Positions 27,430 through 32,000 of a stretch of 32,000 nucleotides of DNA are shown in pieces. The translations under genes and the position numbers were made by a program. Source of the stretch: an archaeon (lineage in GTDB: Archaea; Iainarchaeota; Iainarchaeia; Iainarchaeales; 1-14-0-10-31-34). Below the pieces are notes generated by a model, which was given only the letters and a program-made list of their open reading frames with translations, had not been told where the DNA came from and did not search any database. The number at the start of each line of letters is the position of its first letter. Position 1 is the stretch's first letter. The stretch lies in NCBI GenBank assembly GCA_024277355.1, contig JAJRVL010000004.1:270001-302000 (forward strand), read 5' to 3'.

Positions 27430-27741
27430 ATGGATTCTCCTGAAATCAAAAGACTAAAAGAAAAAACAGGAATAGAAATTTTATGGATTTATATTTTAGC
27501 TTTACTAAAAAAAGAATCCTGCCACCCTTATTTGTTAAGAAAAAAAATTTCAGAAGAATTTAATTTTCTGCCAGGAAACGTAACAGTTTATGTTGTAATG
27601 TACAAATTGAAATCAAGAGGCTATGTTAATTCAAAAAAAAATAAAAACAAAGTAATTTATTCAATAACAAAAAAAGGAAATGAACTATTAAAAGAAGCAG
27701 AAAAAATAATTAATACAAAAACAAAAAAAATATTTAAATAA
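27430..27741 (+). CDS. PadR family transcriptional regulator
   Basis: YPYLLRKKI-like HTH (CHPYLLRKKISEEFNFLPGNVTVYVVMYKLKSRGYVNSKK...YSITKKGNELL). Confidence 0.8.
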   Translation: MDSPEIKRLKEKTGIEILWIYILALLKKESCHPYLLRKKISEEFNFLPGNVTVYVVMYKLKSRGYVNSKKNKNKVIYSITKKGNELLKEAEKIINTKTKKIFK

Positions 27742-27751
27742 ACTTTTTTTT

Positions 27752-27765
27752 CAACTTTTTAGTTG
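27752..27765 (+). terminator. Weak hairpin after PadR gene (CAACT-TTTT-AGTTG)
   Basis: 5-bp stem and T-rich flanks; terminator role inferred. Confidence 0.3.
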
Positions 27766-27804
27766 ATTTTTGTTGAACTTCAGTTATATTAATTCCTAAA
27801 AGAA

Positions 27805-27880
27805 ATTTTCTTCAGGCTGTGGAAAGTCTGAGAGAGTCTGCTTTCTTTTGAATTCAGGCTTTCTCTTTTCTAAAGGGAAA
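27805..27880 (+). ncRNA. Possible structured 5' leader or small RNA upstream of 27885 gene
   Basis: GC-richer island in AT-rich spacer with paired repeats (TTCAGGCT x2, AGTCTG x2), GGAAAG/CTTTC pairing; TATA-like TTATATTA at about 27784-27791. No family recognised. Confidence 0.35.
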
Positions 27881-27884
27881 AAAA

Positions 27885-28151
27885 ATGAATTTATTTGATG
27901 CTGCATGTTTTAAAGCAAAAAAAAGAAGAAGATATTATTCAGAAAAACATTCAAAAGTTTTTTCTAATATTCTAAGGTTTGAAGAAATTTATTTAGATGA
28001 ATTAAGCGAATTAATGAATTTAAGCCAAAAAGAAACAAAAGAAATATTAAATAAATTAATTGAAAGAAAACTAATAAAACAAAAAAACTACAAATATTGT
28101 TTAATTGAACCATTTGAATCAGCTAATTCTTTTTTATTCAATAAAAACTGA
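27885..28151 (+). CDS. Small winged-helix-like protein (88 aa)
   Basis: FEEIYLDELSELMNLSQKETKEILNKLIERKLIKQKNYKYCLIEP. Confidence 0.7.
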   Translation: MNLFDAACFKAKKRRRYYSEKHSKVFSNILRFEEIYLDELSELMNLSQKETKEILNKLIERKLIKQKNYKYCLIEPFESANSFLFNKN

Positions 28152-28208
28152 TTTCTTTAAACCAAAAACAATAAATACAATTAAAAGCTATTAATTAATG
28201 ATAATAAT

Positions 28209-31004
28209 ATGAAAATAAAAATATTGATTATACTTATTTTTAGTTTAATTATATTAAGTAATTTATCCTGGGGAAACACAACAATTTGGGTTCCCTCTGA
28301 AGAAGATACATATCATTTTAATCAAATAATACTTGCAGGAGAAGACTTTAATTTATACTTAAAACAAAATTTTTATCACTCAGACCCAAGCGACGCATAT
28401 TCTTGGGGAGGCTATTCAAACGGAAACTGGAATATTAATACTGATTGTAGCGGAGGAGAAGACGCAAATTTATTTAGAGCTCCACCAGAAGCAGGATGCA
28501 CCTTAAAAGAATATACTGCAACAAACAATTATCTATTCCAAGCAGGCAAGCCAGAAGAAAGCACCCATGAAACTATAATGACATTAAATTGTGCGCCTGG
28601 AAATTACACTATTCCAACCAAATACAGTTTAAAATATTTAACAAGAGATTATTGCAGCAACTATAATCTTAGCGAACCAACATTTACATTTAGAGTATTA
28701 CCTGCAATAAATATGCCTCCATTTTATGATTATAATTTATTCTGGTCTAAATCCGGAACAACAAAAAGACAGTATATTCATGCACAAGATATAAACGAAC
28801 AATCAGATGGAAATTATTTTATTAAAAGCTTTGAAGTAAAAGTTGCAGATGAATGCACAATTATCGACGGAGGAGCAAAAGATAAAACAAAACAAAACGA
28901 GATTGGAAGCTTGCAGATAACAACTTATTCAAACCAGCATTCAAAGTTTACAGTACCTTACGGCATAACAACAAGTTTTCAGGATGGATTAAATAGTTAT
29001 AATGACACAGACGATACAGGATATATAGGAATAAGAAACGGAGTTAATGATAATGGAAGCAGCACAACAACTACTTATGCAAACATGCATTATTCTTTTC
29101 CAATTCATGCCGGATTAATATTCAAAAACATTTTTGGAGAACAAGCAAACCAAATTAAACTTAATTCAGATATTATTTCAGCATTTTTAGTTCTTGATAT
29201 AAATAACGCAACTGATGGCTATGGAGATTTTAATTTAGCTTTATATCCTGTAACAGACCCAAATGGAAACGGACTGCCTGACTTTGATCATACAGCTTTA
29301 GATAAATGGAATAATAGAAAAACAAGTGTTCCATGGAACACTCCTGGAGGAGATTATTCAACAGCAAATTCTGCATTTCAATTTATTCCGCAAGGAAGTG
29401 ACGGAACTAAATTTACATTTAATGTAACTCAAGCAGTACAGCAATGGACTGACTTAAACAATAATCAAGGATGGATAATGAAATTAGTTTCTAAAGTACC
29501 TGATATAAATTATGGATATAATTTAAGAATTAATACTTCAGAAAACGCTATTATTAATGACAGACCAAAACTAATAATTACATGGTGGAATCCTTCAATT
29601 CCATTAAATCCCGATTTAAATAATTTAAATTTATATGTTGATGTTCAATGCAGTCAAAGAGGCTTCAGGGACTTTAATGTAAGCATAACAGACTTTGATG
29701 ATAATTCAATTGACTTAAATACTTCAATTTTAGATTTAAATGCTTATAGAACAGATGCAGGAGATTTTAATGCAAACAATGGTCCTCCAGGAGTAAATTT
29801 AGAAGGAAGCCCCTATTTTGCAGGAAGCTTTGGAATAGTTAAAGTAAATGCTTACGGAGTAATAGATTATGAAACAGACACAAATCATTTTATTGTTGAT
29901 GGAACTCCAAACTGGAAAATATGCACGCCAAGCGAAGGAATCTCTTGTTTTTTGCCTGACGGAGGCGATAAAAACTGTTATTTTGTTGACTCTATTCAAG
30001 GAAATGACACTAACACAATTTACACCGAAGATTATAATTCAATTTTAGGAGGAGAAACAGCAGGAGGAGTAATTCAAAAAATTCACGAAGAAAAATTTGT
30101 TATCTGCAGTACTCCAGGCCCAAGAAAAATAATTTATTATCTTAGTTCTTCTGCCGACTCAAAAACATATTTAGATATAGCAGACATTTATTTTTTAGAT
30201 ATTAAATCTGAATTAAAAAACCCTTATTATGCAATAGCAGATTATAATACTCAAATAAATGGTTTAGGAATAGATAATGATTCTATAGTAAACATCCAGG
30301 AATCAGTTTGGTATGCTTATGATGAAGACTGCGGACCAAAAGGAAGCATAAATACTTGGGAATTAGATAATCAAACAACAGTCTTTCTTCCTCCTGATTC
30401 AAATGGTTCAGATACAAATACAACAGGAACAATTAACTGCACTACAACAGGAAAAAAAGCAATTAATTTAGTAGTAATTGCAGATAAAGAATTTTATTCA
30501 GGATCAGGATTAAATATTTACATAAGAGGAGACACTTTTGTTAATGTAATAATTCCTGATTCATTAAGAATGGAATCATTTGAAATAGCACCATCAAAAG
30601 TCAAAAAAGGAAACACCACAGAATTCATAGTAGTAGTTAAAAGCAAAGTAGAAGGAATGGACTTAAATATTGAAGTTGTATTTGATGTATTTGATGAAAC
30701 AGGAGTTTTTATTGAATCAATTACAGTTCCAGGAATGGCTTTAGCTCAAGGGCAAACACAAATTAAAACTACTTATAATACTTCAGCATTAAACGAAAAA
30801 ACTTCTTACAGAGTAACTGCAAAAGCATTTCTTTTATCAGGCTCTGGGCCAATACAAGACAAACAGCCAATAAATGACTTAGAAGAAAGATATTTCTGGG
30901 TATTAGAAGAAAACAATAAACTTGAAACTCTGCCTGAAACAAATTATCTTTCAATAATAATATTATTAATTTCAGTAACTTTAATTCTAACAAAAAAAGA
31001 TTAA
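28209..31004 (+). CDS. Large secreted cell-surface protein with DNRLRE-type domain and C-terminal membrane anchor
   Basis: Signal peptide; middle region LNSDIISAFLVLDINNATDG...TFNVTQAVQQWTDLNNNQGWIMKLVS...DRPKLIITWW; Ig-like C-terminal repeats; LPETNYLSIIILLISVTLILTKKD tail. Confidence 0.85.
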   Translation: MKIKILIILIFSLIILSNLSWGNTTIWVPSEEDTYHFNQIILAGEDFNLYLKQNFYHSDPSDAYSWGGYSNGNWNINTDCSGGEDANLFRAPPEAGCTLKEYTATNNYLFQAGKPEESTHETIMTLNCAPGNYTIPTKYSLKYLTRDYCSNYNLSEPTFTFRVLPAINMPPFYDYNLFWSKSGTTKRQYIHAQDINEQSDGNYFIKSFEVKVADECTIIDGGAKDKTKQNEIGSLQITTYSNQHSKFTVPYGITTSFQDGLNSYNDTDDTGYIGIRNGVNDNGSSTTTTYANMHYSFPIHAGLIFKNIFGEQANQIKLNSDIISAFLVLDINNATDGYGDFNLALYPVTDPNGNGLPDFDHTALDKWNNRKTSVPWNTPGGDYSTANSAFQFIPQGSDGTKFTFNVTQAVQQWTDLNNNQGWIMKLVSKVPDINYGYNLRINTSENAIINDRPKLIITWWNPSIPLNPDLNNLNLYVDVQCSQRGFRDFNVSITDFDDNSIDLNTSILDLNAYRTDAGDFNANNGPPGVNLEGSPYFAGSFGIVKVNAYGVIDYETDTNHFIVDGTPNWKICTPSEGISCFLPDGGDKNCYFVDSIQGNDTNTIYTEDYNSILGGETAGGVIQKIHEEKFVICSTPGPRKIIYYLSSSADSKTYLDIADIYFLDIKSELKNPYYAIADYNTQINGLGIDNDSIVNIQESVWYAYDEDCGPKGSINTWELDNQTTVFLPPDSNGSDTNTTGTINCTTTGKKAINLVVIADKEFYSGSGLNIYIRGDTFVNVIIPDSLRMESFEIAPSKVKKGNTTEFIVVVKSKVEGMDLNIEVVFDVFDETGVFIESITVPGMALAQGQTQIKTTYNTSALNEKTSYRVTAKAFLLSGSGPIQDKQPINDLEERYFWVLEENNKLETLPETNYLSIIILLISVTLILTKKD

Positions 31005-31005
31005 T

Positions 31006-31563
31006 ATGAAAAAAGAATACAGAAGACAATTTTTACATTTCTTTTTCGGAAGCACCATAATAATCTTAATTGGATTAATTGGAACAAAAAATTTTATTGC
31101 ATTTAATTTACTAATTTTAATTACAGGTTATATTTTAGCACTAAAAATAAAAAAAGGACTAAAACTTCCAATAATAAAAGAATTCATTGATTATACAGAA
31201 AGAGAAACAGAAAAAGAACTCCCGGGAAAAGGCGCAATAACTTTTTTTATAGGAACATTAATTACATCAGTTTTATTTTACAACAATATTTTCATAGTTA
31301 TTGGAGGAGTTATTACCTTAGTTTTTGGAGACAGCATTTCAAATATTGCAGGAAAAACAATAGGCAAAATAAAAATACAAGACAAAACATTAGAAGGAAG
31401 TTTTGCAGGAATAATAATTTCATTTATTTATTTATCAATTTTATTTCCTTTTTCCACTGCATTAATTGCAGCAGTAATCGGAATGACAATGGAATACCTT
31501 CCAATAGAAGACAATTACACTATTCCAATTGCAACAGGAACAATATTAATGCTTTTAATTTAA
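31006..31563 (+). CDS. Diacylglycerol/dolichol/phytol kinase-like membrane protein (SEC59/DGK1/VTE5 group)
   Basis: RRQFLHFFFGSTIIILIG, ELPGKGAITFFIGTLI, VFGDSISNIAGKTIGKIKIQDKTLEGSFAG, MEYLPIEDNYTIPI. Confidence 0.85.
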   Translation: MKKEYRRQFLHFFFGSTIIILIGLIGTKNFIAFNLLILITGYILALKIKKGLKLPIIKEFIDYTERETEKELPGKGAITFFIGTLITSVLFYNNIFIVIGGVITLVFGDSISNIAGKTIGKIKIQDKTLEGSFAGIIISFIYLSILFPFSTALIAAVIGMTMEYLPIEDNYTIPIATGTILMLLI

Positions 31564-31600
31564 AGAAAACTTAATAAGGATTATCTAATAAATTTAATTC

Positions 31601-31996
31601 ATGAATTCAATTAAAACAATTTTAGTTTTTCTAATTTTAGCAGTAATTTTTTCAGGATGTGTGCAGACAAACACAACAACAAACCAAAATAATTCAGACA
31701 CTACAAATAAATCAATGCAAAAAGAAATGAATGAAATGATGAACGAAATGCATGGATTTAATATAAAAGAAATAGCAAAACATAATTCAGAAAAAGACTG
31801 CTGGCTGTTAATTAATGGAAAAGTTTATGATGTAACCGGCTTTGAAGAAACTCACAGCGGAGGAAAAGCAATTCTTGAAGGATGCGGAAAAGATGCAACA
31901 GCATTATTTGAATCAAGACCAATGGGTTCAGGAACACCTCATTCAGACAACGCAAGAGAATTACTTTCAGAATTTTATATTGGAAACTTAAATTAA
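31601..31996 (+). CDS. Lipoprotein with cytochrome b5-like heme-binding domain
   Basis: Lipobox IFSGC; EIAKHNSEKDCWLLINGKVYDVTGFEETHSGGKAILEGCGKDATALFE...HSDNARELLSEFYIGNL. Confidence 0.85.
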   Translation: MNSIKTILVFLILAVIFSGCVQTNTTTNQNNSDTTNKSMQKEMNEMMNEMHGFNIKEIAKHNSEKDCWLLINGKVYDVTGFEETHSGGKAILEGCGKDATALFESRPMGSGTPHSDNARELLSEFYIGNLN

Positions 31997-32000
31997 ATAT

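Noticed and set aside
20474-30000. ORFs 20474-20704, 20512-20769, 20708-20935, 25269-25490, 26518-26718, 26729-26929, 29799-29999
   Set aside because: Antisense to supported genes; compositionally biased, no conserved motif.
30769-31029. Minus-strand ORF 30769-31029
   Set aside because: Antisense to the surface protein end and kinase start; low complexity.

Overview
AT-rich 32 kb window, most likely from a DPANN-type archaeon. Evidence for archaea: archaeal AsnRS plus an asparagine synthetase A-like paralog, a Nop5/fibrillarin pair, an inositol-1-P synthase / archaetidylinositol-P synthase pair, and a tRNA-Asn with an intron whose ends fit the archaeal bulge-helix-bulge rule. Main content, left to right: a CPA2 antiporter fragment; a carbamoyltransferase cluster (small membrane protein, SAM methyltransferase, carbamoyltransferase, SGNH hydrolase, unlisted DUF5989 protein); tRNA-Gln and tRNA-Ile around a block of palindromic repeats; YjbQ, DJ-1/PfpI, SLC13 transporter, carbamate kinase; bacterial-style FBP aldolase and FBPase; a compact Asp/Asn module (AsnRS, intron-bearing tRNA-Asn, asparagine synthetase-like gene, Lrp/AsnC regulator, AspRS); antiporter, MBL protein, coiled-coil protein; Zn-ribbon protein, tRNA-Thr, GlyRS, Nop5 and fibrillarin; CDP-alcohol transferase and inositol-P synthase; PadR; large DNRLRE surface protein; DGK/SEC59-like kinase; cytochrome b5 lipoprotein. 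Points most worth checking: (1) three essential-looking genes are each interrupted by one lesion (in-frame TAA in the carbamoyltransferase, single-base frameshifts in the asparagine synthetase-like gene and in aspS, the latter at an A7 slippery run at a domain boundary); (2) the Asp/Asn gene cluster with embedded tRNA-Asn and an operator-like palindrome at the Lrp/AsnC gene; (3) Nop5 lacks its fibrillarin-binding N-terminal domain although fibrillarin is adjacent; (4) bacterial-type AspRS lacks the GAD insertion; (5) a palindromic repeat family at two loci in opposite orientation, each beside a duplicated end of a neighbouring gene; (6) two unexplained structured intergenic segments. I found no CRISPR array and no recognisable defence system or transposase. 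Family calls are from motif recall, not database searches.
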